A stretch of 64,000 nt of DNA from an uncultured candidate division Zixibacteria bacterium (GCA_963702205.1 OY969724.1:3616001-3680000), one strand, 5' to 3'; numbered from the stretch's first letter, positions 19,839 to 31,986 are shown. Translations and numbers: made by a program. The notes: generated by a model not told the origin, from the sequence alone.

Positions 19839-21200
19839 CTATTCCGTACTGTCGAATTCATCCGGAGGTTCCAGAACTATGGTCGTTCGGTTGGTCCGTC
19901 TAAAATATTTCCGGGCGATTTTCATAATATCATCGGCCGTGACCGCCCTGGTCTTCCGGACGTTATCGAACAGCTTTTTCCAATCACCGCGCACGACCTG
20001 AAACGTCGCTAAATTGGAGGCTGTGCTTCCGTAACCTCTCAGGCTGCGATAAAAATCGGCTTCGATCATATTTTTGGCCTTTTCGAGTTCTCCGGGCGGA
20101 ACCGGTTCGTTTTTCAGTCGGTCCATTTCTTCAAGCATGGCATCTTCGGCGTCTCTGTACGATACACCGTAGTTCATTATTGACCAGATCCCCAGAAGCG
20201 AGGGGTCGGACAAACCGAAATAGTAACCTCCTGAAACGACCGCGAGATCGGTCTCGTTGACCAGCTTTTTATATATCCGCGATGACTCTCCCGCCGCCAG
20301 AAGCTCGATTAAAACCCCCATTGTGGAATTTTCGTCCTGAGACAAGCCCGGCACATGATAAGCGATAATCATCGCGCTGAGGTCGCTGGTTCCTCGGATA
20401 AAGGCCTCGCGTTCACCATCCTGCACCGGCTCAACGGGAATTCTCAACGGCCTGGATTTGGACGTCGGAATCGGTTCGAAGTAGTTCTGCAGGTCAATAA
20501 TCAACTTTTTCGAATCGAAGTCACCGGCCAGGGCCATAACGGCATTACCCGGTGTAAAGAACTCCCGAAAGTGCCTGGTCACGTCATCGACGGTTAAGGA
20601 TGACAAATCCGACGGCCAGCCATAACGCGGGATGCGGTACGGATGCGCCTGATAGGAGAGTGTTCTTATTTCCTGATTAATCCTGCCGTACAGAGTATTT
20701 TCGATTTCCGTGACACGATTCCTGGTTATTGTCTGGCGCGCCGCCACGACTTTTTCGAAAGTAATTTCGGTATTGGCAAGACGGTCCGCTTCCATTTTTA
20801 AAAGAGTATCCAGCATGCTTGAGGGAACCGACGCCGCAAAAAACGAGAAATCCATGCCGGTGGCATACCTCATGGTTCCGCCTCCCGATCTTATGGCTCT
20901 TTCGTATTCCCCCGTTCCGTAATTGGCCGTCCCGTCCTGATATATTTCAGCACACACGTCGGTGATACCGGTATATCCCGGTATCTCGTATTTTGTACCA
21001 ACTTTAAAGATAAGATTCGTCGCTACGAGCGGGACCGAATGATCCTCGTACAAAATGATGGTCATGCCGTTGGACAAGACGGTTTCCGTAACCCGGTCCT
21101 GAGCCCGAAGTACAGGAGTGAAAAGCCCCAAAAGGAAAAGAAATAATATCGGCCGAGGCCTGAAAAGAAATCCCTGCATAGCCATTATATAATCAATCAA
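19839..21200 (-). CDS. M16 peptidase-like protein with degenerate active site
   Basis: LSNGMTII; VGTKYE..GYTGITDVCAE at the HxxEH position; HPYRIP..GW; GESSRIYKKLV. Confidence 0.85.
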   Translation of the reverse strand: MIDYIMAMQGFLFRPRPILFLFLLGLFTPVLRAQDRVTETVLSNGMTIILYEDHSVPLVATNLIFKVGTKYEIPGYTGITDVCAEIYQDGTANYGTGEYERAIRSGGGTMRYATGMDFSFFAASVPSSMLDTLLKMEADRLANTEITFEKVVAARQTITRNRVTEIENTLYGRINQEIRTLSYQAHPYRIPRYGWPSDLSSLTVDDVTRHFREFFTPGNAVMALAGDFDSKKLIIDLQNYFEPIPTSKSRPLRIPVEPVQDGEREAFIRGTSDLSAMIIAYHVPGLSQDENSTMGVLIELLAAGESSRIYKKLVNETDLAVVSGGYYFGLSDPSLLGIWSIMNYGVSYRDAEDAMLEEMDRLKNEPVPPGELEKAKNMIEADFYRSLRGYGSTASNLATFQVVRGDWKKLFDNVRKTRAVTADDIMKIARKYFRRTNRTTIVLEPPDEFDSTE

Positions 21201-21307
21201 AATCCCTATTTCAACTCAAATTGAGCGATAGCCAAACCACAAGCATGAAACGATTCCGGGAGTGTAATTGTTGCGGAAAACGCCGGGGTCCCGTTTATCG
21301 GGATATA

Positions 21308-22168
21308 TTATTTAAACGGGAAACCGTTTTGGGGATCTTCCTTTGGATGGTAGAAATATCCGCCGTACAGGGAAGTCCCGAAATGGTCGCCGTCTTTGTT
21401 GAAGCGGGTTTGGGCTCCCCCCATATAATCACCGAGGAAATAGCTCAAACCAATCTCGAAATACCCGCCGTTTTTATAGCTGGCGTAGCCGTGCAAATTT
21501 TTATATGGACTGCCTTCGATTCCGTAGGTATAGTCGGCCGAAGATAAACTCTGACCGGTTGAGAGACTGATCTCGACCGAAAACCACAGTGGCAGCGCCT
21601 GGGGACGATACGATATCGAATATATCTCTTCAATATCGGTTTTTTCACCATCGACACGGCTTTTATTAAGATTTGAAAAAAACATGGCGACTTTCATCTG
21701 GGGACTGCTGGCCATCATAAAACCGATATTCCACAAATGCTTATTATTATAAATGCCTGCCGCCTTTTTTACATAAGTGTATGACCCGCCTATATATGTA
21801 TTTCTTCCAAGACCGCTGCCCGTGCCGAAAATATATTCCTCATATCCGGCTCCATCCAGATTGTCCAAACGCCTGTAACCTATCCCGATTCTGTCGCCGC
21901 TTATGACCCCGCCCCAGTTCTTGGCCAGTTTATCGTTGGCATACTCGCCGATCAATAAAAACCTGATCATACTTCCCTGACCGAGCGCGGCCGGATTGGT
22001 CCAGATTCCTTCGACGGCACCGACGGTCGATGCGAACCGATGATAATATACGCCGCCCGGAAGTATCAATCGGTTCTCGGCGCTGACCGGACCGGCTGAC
22101 AGCCCCAGGAATATGGCCAGCGTGATTGTCAGAATTGTTATTGTTGTCTTTCGTCCGCTTATTTTCAT
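21308..22168 (-). CDS. Putative outer-membrane beta-barrel protein
   Basis: Signal peptide; WTNPAAL; alternating aromatic/Gly beta-strand pattern. Confidence 0.55.
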   Translation of the reverse strand: MKISGRKTTITILTITLAIFLGLSAGPVSAENRLILPGGVYYHRFASTVGAVEGIWTNPAALGQGSMIRFLLIGEYANDKLAKNWGGVISGDRIGIGYRRLDNLDGAGYEEYIFGTGSGLGRNTYIGGSYTYVKKAAGIYNNKHLWNIGFMMASSPQMKVAMFFSNLNKSRVDGEKTDIEEIYSISYRPQALPLWFSVEISLSTGQSLSSADYTYGIEGSPYKNLHGYASYKNGGYFEIGLSYFLGDYMGGAQTRFNKDGDHFGTSLYGGYFYHPKEDPQNGFPFK

Positions 22169-23214
22169 TTCATTCCTGCGATAGTTATGTCACCCACTCC
22201 ATTTATATCGGCACTGATGACGCTGTTGCCATCGCCCGCGGTCAATTCCATAAATTTGGGTTCTATACGGCCGGGCTTTACGGGTATATCCGTGACATTT
22301 ATTTCCGAGTCGACCCCAACCGACAGGTTGAAGACCGCAGAACTCGTATCCGGGAGAAAAATCTTAACGTTATCGTTTTCATTGTCGATTGAAATATTCG
22401 CGTTATTCAGAGAAATCAGCCCCAGGTCGATCGGACAAAATTCGCCGTAAATTTTCAATTGCCCGTTGTCGGCGGTTGCGTTTTCGATTTTTATTTTACC
22501 GTAGCTGTTTTTAACCTCGACGTTTCCCGAAAGATCATTCAGCGTAATATCACCGCCCTGATTTTGAATCCGCGCCTGTTTATCGGCCGACAAACCGACA
22601 ATACGAATTTCCGAATTTTCGCCTTTTATGTTCACGTCTCCGCCGATGTTGCGGGCGTTAACGTTGCCGCCGGTCATGGTCATATTGATTTTGCCGTCTA
22701 TATCATTCAGCACGTAACGCCCGAAAGATGGTTTGCAGTTCAGTTCTGTCATAGGCCCGGAAATGGCAAAATCAAAATAGGGGCCGTCGATACTTACCCG
22801 GCAACCGATCGGAATAGTGAGTTTGCCTTCAATCTGTACGGAATTGTCGGTTCCGCTCCATGGTTCGGGGTTGGGGGCTTTTAGCAGGAGCCGAACAACC
22901 CCGGCCCGGTTTTCAAAAGCGACGTCTATTTCCCCGGCGTATTCCCGGGCGGTCTTTTCATCTCCGGCTTTGATCAACTTGCGATATTCAAACCCGGCGC
23001 GGTCACCATCTTCGGTAGTAATTTCAATCCGGCCCCTCAAACCGGACGCCGACTGAATTTCGATGGTCATATTGTCGGACGCTTCTGCCACGAGTTCTAT
23101 TCGTGAGCTTATATATCGTCCGCCGCTGCGGGCTATAAGCTCTTCCGCTTTAAGGCCGGGCATAATGAAGACTATCGCAATGACTATTGCTATGAACAGA
23201 TATTTCTTATTCAT
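22165..23214 (-). CDS. Secreted DUF4097/adhesin-like beta-strand repeat protein
   Basis: Signal peptide; repeated GxV/I motifs (GGNVNA, GGDVNI, GGDITL, YGKIKI); ends GVGDITI. Confidence 0.65.
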   Translation of the reverse strand: MNKKYLFIAIVIAIVFIMPGLKAEELIARSGGRYISSRIELVAEASDNMTIEIQSASGLRGRIEITTEDGDRAGFEYRKLIKAGDEKTAREYAGEIDVAFENRAGVVRLLLKAPNPEPWSGTDNSVQIEGKLTIPIGCRVSIDGPYFDFAISGPMTELNCKPSFGRYVLNDIDGKINMTMTGGNVNARNIGGDVNIKGENSEIRIVGLSADKQARIQNQGGDITLNDLSGNVEVKNSYGKIKIENATADNGQLKIYGEFCPIDLGLISLNNANISIDNENDNVKIFLPDTSSAVFNLSVGVDSEINVTDIPVKPGRIEPKFMELTAGDGNSVISADINGVGDITIAGMK

Positions 23215-24022
23215 TGTTTACCCCACACAAATTATCATGGATTTGTTTTAAAATTATAGAACCGGCCACGGCGGCATTCAGCGATTCCACGCGGTCGGTG
23301 TGCACTATGCCGACCAATAGCCGGGCGTGTTTTAACACGGGATCGCTTAAACCCCGGGCCTCCGAACCGATAGCGAACAGCAGTCTGCTGCCGGATTTTG
23401 CGCTGAACATAGCTTTATCGATGTTGACCCCACCCTTTTGCGCCCCGAGCAGGATCGATTCATCGTCGCATAATTTCATTAGATCATCAATGGAACCGAC
23501 CGCCAGCTTCTGGCCGAAAATGGCCCCGGCCGACGACCTGATCACCTTGCAGTTGAACGGATCGACCGTCGTGGGCGAAAGTACGACCAGATCGACTCCG
23601 AACGCCAGCGCCGAGCGAATCAGTGTCCCGACGTTACCCGGATCGGCGATATCATCAAGGTATAAAACAAATTTGTCGTTTTCTGAAAGTTCCTTTTTCA
23701 ATTCGAGATCGGGAATTTTGAAAACAGCGACTATGCCTTGTGGTGTGACGCTTTCGGCCAGCTGGTTTATGTCCTTTGAATTGACGGATAGCATCTCGCA
23801 ACCGGACCGTGCCAAAGAATCGACCAGTGCCTTTGCACGGTGGTCAAGGTTGGCTTCGGCAAAAAAAACGCTTTCCGGCAAGAAACGAAATTTGCACGAT
23901 TCTTCGAGGACGCGGATTCCTTCGGCCAGAAACAGCCCGTGATTTTGACGTCCCTTGAGCGTTGCCAGTGATTTTAGCTTTTTCCGTGCCGCCTGGCCAA
24001 GCGAAGACATTTGCCCTTGCAT
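23207..24022 (-). CDS. TrmH/SpoU-family RNA 2'-O-methyltransferase
   Basis: FLAEG, DPGNVGTLIRSA, GSEARGLS, ESLNAAVAG. Confidence 0.93.
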   Translation of the reverse strand: MQGQMSSLGQAARKKLKSLATLKGRQNHGLFLAEGIRVLEESCKFRFLPESVFFAEANLDHRAKALVDSLARSGCEMLSVNSKDINQLAESVTPQGIVAVFKIPDLELKKELSENDKFVLYLDDIADPGNVGTLIRSALAFGVDLVVLSPTTVDPFNCKVIRSSAGAIFGQKLAVGSIDDLMKLCDDESILLGAQKGGVNIDKAMFSAKSGSRLLFAIGSEARGLSDPVLKHARLLVGIVHTDRVESLNAAVAGSIILKQIHDNLCGVNNE

Positions 24023-24076
24023 TCCCTGCTTTAAAGTTTAATATGTAAAAAACAGTACAAAAAAGTCGAATAGCAA

Positions 24077-26702
24077 GTGAAAACTCCGGTTAAATTGCGG
24101 CACGTCCTTTTGGTGACGGCCACAATGAGCATAATTATATCTTCGGTATTCGCCCGAACCGATGTTATCGGATGGGACGGTTCCCGCTATTACGCTCCTA
24201 AGAAGACCGGCACGATCGGGCTCGCCCTGTCCGGCGGGGGCGCCCGGGGTTTGTCGCAAATTGGCATTCTTAAAGCCTTCGAGGAAACCGGCGTGAAGGT
24301 CGACGCCATCGCGGGCACGTCGATCGGCGGAATTATAGGGGGACTGTATGCATCGGGGTACGACGCCGACGAACTCGACAGCATTGTCTCGAAAATCGAC
24401 TTCACCGATCTTTTTTCCAACCGCCCGGAGCGTCGCTCGATGTTTCTCACTCAGCGGCAGGAAAAGGAACGCTATATCGTATCGGTCGGGTTTAACGGCA
24501 TTACGCCGTCTATACCACAGGCGTTGACGGCGGGCCAGAAGCTGTCCGATTTGCTCCTCCGGCTGACCATAAAGCCGAACTACCTGTCGGGCGGGCAGTT
24601 CGACCGGCTCCCGATCCCCTTCTTCCCCGTCACGACCGATATAATTTCCGGCAAACAGGTGGTCCTCAAAGAAGGCAATCTGGCCGACGCCATGCGGGCG
24701 ACGATGGCTTTTCCACTGGCTTTCACCGGGGTCGAGTACGACAACATGGTGCTGATGGACGGCGGGATGCTCAACCCGGTGCCGGTCGGGGTGATTCGCC
24801 AGATCGATCCCGATATCGACCTGATCGTGGCGGTCAACACCACCAGCGACCTGTTGCCGGAAAATAAGATCGATAATCCGATCGATGTGGCCAATCAGGT
24901 CACGACTATCATGACGATGGATAAAAAAACCGCTGCGCTGGCCGAGGCCGACGTCGTGATAGACCCCCCGATCACGCCGTATCAGTCGACCGATTTCGAA
25001 AAATTCAATGCCCTGGTGCAGGCAGGCTATTTGGCGGGTCTCAAGGCGGCGACGGAAATAAATGCCAAAATGGATCAGGAGGATGCGAAGGATTCAGCCT
25101 TGGTTGATACTATTGTCGCCGACAGTAACATTTCGTTCAACATTGAACCTTTTGCATCGCTGGCGCATAAAAAAATATCGCGCGGGCAGTTGCAACGGGC
25201 GATAAATGCCGTCTACCACGAAAACAACCTGTTTTATCTGAAAGTCGAATCGGCCTCGAATACGTCCAACGCCAATGGTGACCGTACGGTAACCCTGCAC
25301 GTATCAGGCGTCCCTTGCCCCGAGACGTCCAATCTCAACGTTCTACTCAAGGGTAATGCCAGCCTCCCCGATTCGGCAATATTGCCCCTGATAGAAAATA
25401 CCGGTGAATATTTGCGGCCCGAATACATCCCGGCCATCCAGGACAGCATCACGGCTCTATACTCCGCGATCGGCCTCGATATGGTGCGATTCAGGAAGAT
25501 CGAGTACGACCCCAATGCATCCAGCCTGATAGTCGATATCGACGAGGGATCGGTCGAACAGATTGACGTCTACGGCAATCATAAAACCAAGGAGTGGCTG
25601 ATACTCGCCAATTTCCCGCTTTCAGTCGGGCATCCGCTCAACTTGCACGACGCCCGTCGCGGTATCGGCACCCTGTACAGCACCGACCTGTTCCACCGGG
25701 TGACGCTGAACGTCCTGCCCGGCGACAGCGGTGCGATAGTGCATATCAACGTCGAAGAAAAAAACGACACGAGGATGCGTTTCGGCTGGAACTGGGACGA
25801 TGAATATCACAGCCAGGAATTCGGCGAGATTCTTAAAAGCAACCTGATGGGCGCCGGTCAGGAGTTTTTGCTCCACGCCCAGTACGCGCCTCGTCGGCAG
25901 ATTTACAGCGTACATCTAAAGGCCGACCGATTCTTTTCGACCTATCTGACGTACAAAGCTGAAGTGTACTATCGCTATCTGGAACGACAGATGTACAACG
26001 ACCGGGCCGAAAAAACATACCGAAACGAGGAAGACCGCTACGGTTTTCAGTTCATATTGGGGCAGCAGATTTCGCGGTTCGGGACGGTTACCGGTGAGAT
26101 CAAGTGGGAAGAAATCGACAACCGCAACTCGGTCACGCGCGAGCTCGACGACACCCGCCTGCGCACGGTGACCCTGCGCTCGCTGGTCGAGACCATCAAT
26201 AAGTACCCCTTCCCTACCCACGGTAAAAAGCACGAGTTTTATGTCGAGTTCGCTGCCGATATTCTGGGCGGTCAGGCGAGCTATACCAAGTTTTTCAGTT
26301 CGGTGGAGTCGTACTTCCCCATCACGCGCTATTTCAATTTCCACCCGAGGCTGGCGATCGGCTGGACGGCCAAGCAATCGGGCATACCGGTTCCGGAAAA
26401 ATTCTACATGGGGGGGCAGTACCTCTTTCGCGGGATATCGTACCGATCAGCTCGTGGGAGACAATACCCTTCTCGGCAATATGGAATTTCGCTTCGCGCT
26501 GCCGTACAAGTTTTATATAACCGGCCGCTATGACATCGGGCAGATGTATAACAACCGCAAAGATATCACGCTGAGAAACCTGCGTCACGGTTACGGAGCG
26601 TCAGTATCGTATGACAGCCCGATCGGACCGATTGACTTCGGCTACGGCAAAGCCGAGCACGAGGACGACCTTATCTATTTCAGCGCGGGACTAAAATTCT
26701 GA
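24077..26702 (+). pseudogene. PlpD-like patatin-POTRA-Omp85 (type Vd) protein with one frameshift at ~26410-26423
   Basis: SGGGARG, GTSIG and DGG patatin motifs; POTRA-like GNHKTK; the shifted frame gives FAGYR..GNMEFRF..GYGASVSYDSPIGPIDFGYG..YFSAGLKF, an Omp85 C-terminus. Confidence 0.85.
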
Positions 26703-26758
26703 ACAACTTTGGCGGATATGAGATGTTGATCAGAAAAATATTATAAAGGAAATAATAC

Positions 26759-28297
26759 TTGGAAGAAAATAACCTGGCCTGGACTGATGACAACCGGCAC
26801 ATAGTCCGAACCGTTTTTATGCTGGTGGGCGTCGGCGTTCTTATCAGATTGATATTCATGGGCATCATGGATGCTATCCCGGAAGAAGCGTACTATTGGA
26901 GCTATGCGCAGCATTTCGACATCGGCTACCTCGATCACCCGCCGATGGTGGCCTGGCTGATCTGGCTGTCGACGTCGATTTTCGGCACCAGTGAATTCGC
27001 GGTGCGTCTGCCCGCCTTCATCGGGTGGCTTGTTTTCGCGGGATTTCTTTTTAAGTACAGCGTCAATCTCTTAAGCAGACGGGCGGCGTATCTTGTACTC
27101 ATTCTGGCGGCGCTTTTGCCGGTGTACTTCTCTATTGGGTACATGATGACCCCCGACGCCCCGATGTATGTTTTTTGGATGGCCTGTCTTTTCTTTATCG
27201 AGCGGGCTCTTGTAGCCGGACAGAGATCGGCCTGGTGGGCGGTCGGGATTTGCATGGGTCTCGGGCTGCTATCCAAGTACAGCATCGGTCTGCTCGGGCT
27301 GGCGACAATTGCCTATATGATCCTCGATAAAAATTCGTGGCACTGGTGGAAAAAACCGGAGCCGTATCTGGCGGCCGTGCTGGCCCTGCTTATATTCTCA
27401 CCGGTTTTGTACTGGAACTATCATCACGCCTGGATGTCGTTCATGTTTCAGGGGCCGCGCCGCTGGAGCGGGAGGATGAGCTTCTCGGTGCACTTATTAC
27501 TCGGCGGCGCGATTGTGCTTTTATCCCCCGTCGGGCTGTACGATGCGCTCCGGGGGCTTTTCAGAAAAAAAGCCTATGGCAGTTCCGGCAAAACGTCAGA
27601 TATCGATATTAAAAGAAAATTCTTCTTCGTCCTCACATTCACCATGGTGCCGCTTCTTGTGTTCGTCATCAACAGCTTCCGCAGTCAGCCCAAACTCAAC
27701 TGGACCGGCCCCGTCTGGCTGGCGGTGCTGCCGGTGGTGGGACTGATGATGACCAAACTTAAAACCGTACAAGACGTTCAAAAACTGGTTCTGCGGAGAG
27801 CCTGGTCGATTACATTCGCCGTGCTGATCTTTATCTTCGCGGGCGGCTTCACGTACATCGTGCTCGGCATGCCCGGCGTGCACGCCAATGAACTGGCTTT
27901 ACCCACCGGCTGGGAGGAACTTTACAAGCAGGTCGATGTCATCGCGAAAAATCTTGAAGTTCAGACGCATGAAGCCCCGGTCATTGTCGGTATGGATCAT
28001 TACTGGATCACCAGCGAGATGGCATTCTATGGAAAACGCTTAAAGAGTACACCGTTTGAAGTTGCGGGTCGGCATCTGTTCGACGACAACAGCCTGATGT
28101 GGGACTTCTGGGCGCCGAAAGATAAAATGCTCGGCAGGAATATGGTCGTAGTCGGGTTCGACAAAGAGGACGTGGAAAAAGAGCAGGTCGCAAGCCATTT
28201 TGAAAGTCTCGGCGACGTCCACCACGACCCGATTAAAAAGGACGGCGAGATCATGAGCTGGTTCTATTGGCGAATCGGATACGGTTATAAATATTGA
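26759..28297 (+). CDS. GT39/ArnT-like integral membrane glycosyltransferase
   Basis: EEAYYW, YLDHPPMVAW, EFAVR, TPDAP, GLLSKYS; many TM helices. Confidence 0.88.
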   Translation: MEENNLAWTDDNRHIVRTVFMLVGVGVLIRLIFMGIMDAIPEEAYYWSYAQHFDIGYLDHPPMVAWLIWLSTSIFGTSEFAVRLPAFIGWLVFAGFLFKYSVNLLSRRAAYLVLILAALLPVYFSIGYMMTPDAPMYVFWMACLFFIERALVAGQRSAWWAVGICMGLGLLSKYSIGLLGLATIAYMILDKNSWHWWKKPEPYLAAVLALLIFSPVLYWNYHHAWMSFMFQGPRRWSGRMSFSVHLLLGGAIVLLSPVGLYDALRGLFRKKAYGSSGKTSDIDIKRKFFFVLTFTMVPLLVFVINSFRSQPKLNWTGPVWLAVLPVVGLMMTKLKTVQDVQKLVLRRAWSITFAVLIFIFAGGFTYIVLGMPGVHANELALPTGWEELYKQVDVIAKNLEVQTHEAPVIVGMDHYWITSEMAFYGKRLKSTPFEVAGRHLFDDNSLMWDFWAPKDKMLGRNMVVVGFDKEDVEKEQVASHFESLGDVHHDPIKKDGEIMSWFYWRIGYGYKY

Positions 28298-28313
28298 TAA
28301 TCCGATTTCGCGG

Positions 28314-28422
28314 GTAGGTCAAGCCTCCATACCAAATGCCCTGAGCGAAGCCATGGGGAGGCTTCACATCTATGATTCATCTATGAATTAACAATGTCAA
28401 ATCTCTAAGGAGATTTGATCTC
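28314..28422. repeat. REPIN-like palindrome doublet, family A
   Basis: GTAGGTCAAGCCTC..GAGGCTT plus TGTCAAATCT..AAGGAGATTTGA; homologous to 38935-39000. Confidence 0.7.
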
Positions 28423-28442
28423 AGCCGTATGACCGAAATATT

Positions 28443-29543
28443 TCATCTATTTCTATTAATATGTCCACAGCGAGTTACAGAGCCATCAATTATCTTTCCA
28501 TCTTTCATGATAGTAATGGTTGAGCCAATTTTTGCAGGTCTATCTTGATAGGCCTTGGTTGATGTCATTTCTTTTGGATATTCCACGTTTACATCACCAC
28601 AATACTTTAACATACCATTATCATCAAATATCATATGGAATATTAACATAATTCCCGCATTTGGCAGAGAGTTTGGTGCATCGCAGTCTTGAACAAAAGT
28701 GATTCCATTCATGCCAGCTCGCAGTTCGGGAATAAATTCAAAAGCAAAAGAAATTTCGTCGCCTTTAGCCATTGGTAATTTTTCAGGACTCGATACGCCA
28801 ATATATTTCGAATTTGAAAATCGGAACGCTGTACTGCCAATTTCGGACAAATCTTGATTTGCTTTCAAGGTATAGTAAATAGTCGACTTCTCCCCTATTT
28901 TGGGAATAGGCTTAACGACCGCTCTAGTTTGAAAAGGTTGATATGGCGGTATGCCTCGATGTCTGTCCATTATGATTATAGAGTCCTGATTAAAAAATAT
29001 ATTCCGAAAGCCATACTTTGAGCAATTTAGTTTTGGCCGTAATGCCGGATACATTTCCCATCTGTCTAAATAGTTAAGTATACCATCTTCATCAAAACAA
29101 TAGCCGAATGCAATACCACTGCAATGATAATCAAAATACTCGCTCAAATAAATAGAGATACCGCCATAACCTGCCATATAAGGCATAAAGATAATATCAC
29201 CTTCTAATTTATCGCCAATTTCGTGTTTACCCGGCCAATCCAACGATGAGTCGCTTAATAATATAGTATTGGCAAAACAATCCAACTTAATGGTCCAATC
29301 CTTGTTTGAATAATATCCCTCATTTATTACTTCCAACGTAAAATGGACCTTATTGGGAACGGCTGGAATAGGTACATTTTCAAATTGGAAACTTCCAATA
29401 AATGGTCTTGGTTCTTTACCAAAATTACTGAGATATAATGAATCGTAATCGGATATGTTGGTTTTTATTTCCCCGGCTGTAATTTCGCCGGCCATTGAAA
29501 TGCAATTCAATAGAGTACAAAATGCTAGTATTGCCAATTTCAT
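28443..29543 (-). CDS. Secreted hypothetical protein, AT-rich, probable two-fold internal repeat
   Basis: Signal peptide; segments FDEDGILNY and FDDNGMLKY recur. Confidence 0.65.
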   Translation of the reverse strand: MKLAILAFCTLLNCISMAGEITAGEIKTNISDYDSLYLSNFGKEPRPFIGSFQFENVPIPAVPNKVHFTLEVINEGYYSNKDWTIKLDCFANTILLSDSSLDWPGKHEIGDKLEGDIIFMPYMAGYGGISIYLSEYFDYHCSGIAFGYCFDEDGILNYLDRWEMYPALRPKLNCSKYGFRNIFFNQDSIIIMDRHRGIPPYQPFQTRAVVKPIPKIGEKSTIYYTLKANQDLSEIGSTAFRFSNSKYIGVSSPEKLPMAKGDEISFAFEFIPELRAGMNGITFVQDCDAPNSLPNAGIMLIFHMIFDDNGMLKYCGDVNVEYPKEMTSTKAYQDRPAKIGSTITIMKDGKIIDGSVTRCGHINRNR

Positions 29544-29555
29544 ATCGCTTTGACC

Positions 29556-31889
29556 TTATTTCATTAAAATCATCTTCCGCGACGTGCAGTGAGACGCCGT
29601 TTTCAACCTGTACAAGTTACACACCGGATGATACGGCCGTCCCACCGTCGTCTGTGCCGTCCCATTCGTATCTATGAACGCCGGCTGACAATATATCATC
29701 CACCGCTGTTCTAACCTTTTGTCCCAATATATTAAATATCTCGAGATTCACATTCTGCCTGGAATCAAGCGTGAAAGAAATGCTGGTGGTAGCATTGAAA
29801 GGGTTGGGATAATTTTGGCAAAGGTGAATACTGGTAGGTACTATTGGTTCCGGGTCATACCCAGTTCCGTTTGTAACATCATCACTATATCTTGCGAGCC
29901 CATAAAAATCAGCAACCAATATTTCCTTACCAGTAACAACAATATCCCATGCATTGCCAAGCGTATTAATCGATTTTTCTAAGTATATATTATCAGTATC
30001 GGATACATTAATAATCGAAATGCCATCGGTTCTTCTGGCCAAATATACTTCATCTCCATAAACTTTGATATCGTCTGATTCCCCTGGGCCGGTGTATAGT
30101 CCGGCTAATGTTGGATTGGTCGGGTCAGATATATTTACGATTTCAAAGTCACCGTATCCGTCCAAAAGATATATATAATCGCCTTCAATTGCTAAATCAT
30201 TATAGAGGGAGGGACCGCCCGAATATGAATACTTTGTAACAAATTCGGGGGAAGCCGGATTTGATATATCCAATACAACTAATCCGGATCCGGCGATAAA
30301 AGCGTAATCGCCTGCGATGACCGATCTGAAAGCTAAGGAATCGAAAACATAAAATCCGATTTGGAGTGGATTTTTAGGATCAGAAATATCATAGATATAA
30401 TAATTAAAATAAGATACCACGAAGGCCAAGTTGTTTTTTATTGTTATGCCTGTCGTAGGTCCAGGCAAATTTATTTCCTTGTCAACGCTTATATTAGCTG
30501 GATCTCCAATATTAACTACTATAAAACCTTTATAAAAATCAGTGGCAAGCAGGTAATTATTATAGATCGCCATATCGCCAAGGGCATTGTATGGTAAAGC
30601 ACTATTAGAAATGCAATATATGCTATCGGACGACGATAGGTCTAAAATAGCAATCCCGCCAGGACTCGGGAAATCAGATATTCCTCCAAATGCAGCATAA
30701 GCCATGTTACCTTGAGTAGTAATCGAATTAACATAGCTTGAAAGAGAAAGGGCATACATGATATTCGGGAATTCCCTATCTGCCACATTTATAAATAATA
30801 AATCCCCCGGTTTTGAGGTTATGGGAGCCATTAAATTACCTGTTGCATGACTTATATTAGAACCACACATATAAAAGGGGCTTTCGTCCAGTATCCAATC
30901 AATTCCATCAAATAAAATGAGCATATCATTATTAATATCAAATGGACCACTCCTGCCTTGTGTATAGCAGCATCCGGTCAATACTGGACTATTTGGTTGA
31001 TTAATATCGAAGATTACCAAACCGGACATTCCGGCATTTATATAAATATATTTGCCATCAGTTTTAATATTTCTGTTAGCGCCCAGTACTTCATTCCGGT
31101 TTTCTATAGACAAAGAGTTGGGATCAGATTTATTGACTGTCAATAGCCATGAATGGACACCGGGCGTAAAGCAATCGCCATCGGCAACATAAACATAATC
31201 ACCCTGAACCGTTGCATCATAGGCACAATCCGGGGTTTCAATATGTCCGATCTCGGTCGGTTGATCAATGTCGGAAATGTCTATTAACCATAGACTATAG
31301 TAATTTGTCACATAGACTGTATCTTGAATTATGTGAAGGCTTGTAATACCGTAGTTAAAATCAAATATCCCGGCCGCAACAGGATTAAAGGGATCAGTGA
31401 TGTCCATTACCTGCATCTGACTTAGGTCGAGCAAAATCCAATTAGTAACGCATAGTTTATGGCCACCCACAGACATTTCATGGATTCTATAAGGGAGTTT
31501 TAACTTAGAAACGAATTTAGGCAGTTCGCTATACCTTATGTTGTAAATTAGAACCGAGCTGTCGCAGGCGATATACAGCAACGTATCTTCCAATTCGATT
31601 TTTCCAAATGGTAAGCTATCTGCAACTATCCTTCCGGCCACTTCAGGATTAGCGGGATCTGAAATATCCCATATTTTGACACCGTACGGCATGGAACAAT
31701 AGGCCAAATTGCCACGAATTTCTATGTCTTTGACTTCATTCCATAAGGCACTTCCGGTATATTCGAAGGAATCTTCGCGAATCCCGATTGGAACGTAATC
31801 TGGGCATAGACATGTTTTGGAATAATTATGATTATTGCCGAGAGACAATAAACCACGACCAGAATTATATATTTCGCCTTACGGGACAT
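29556..31889 (-). pseudogene. LVIVD-repeat secreted protein with C-terminal FlgD-Ig/T9SS-like sorting domain; two frameshifts
   Basis: Many DISDP/DISNP repeats; QNYPNPFN..IFNILGQKV..WDG; signal peptide MSRKAKYIILVV..VYAQ from ATG 31889 is in another frame; tail YLYRLKT..RKMILMK (stop 29556) is in another frame. Confidence 0.8.
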
Positions 31890-31986
31890 TACCCCCACCT
31901 TTGTGTTTAATATAAAAATATAACCTGTATGCAGAAATTGTCAATGAAATTGGGACGTCTCAAGGACGCCTCTCCCCATTTATTCC

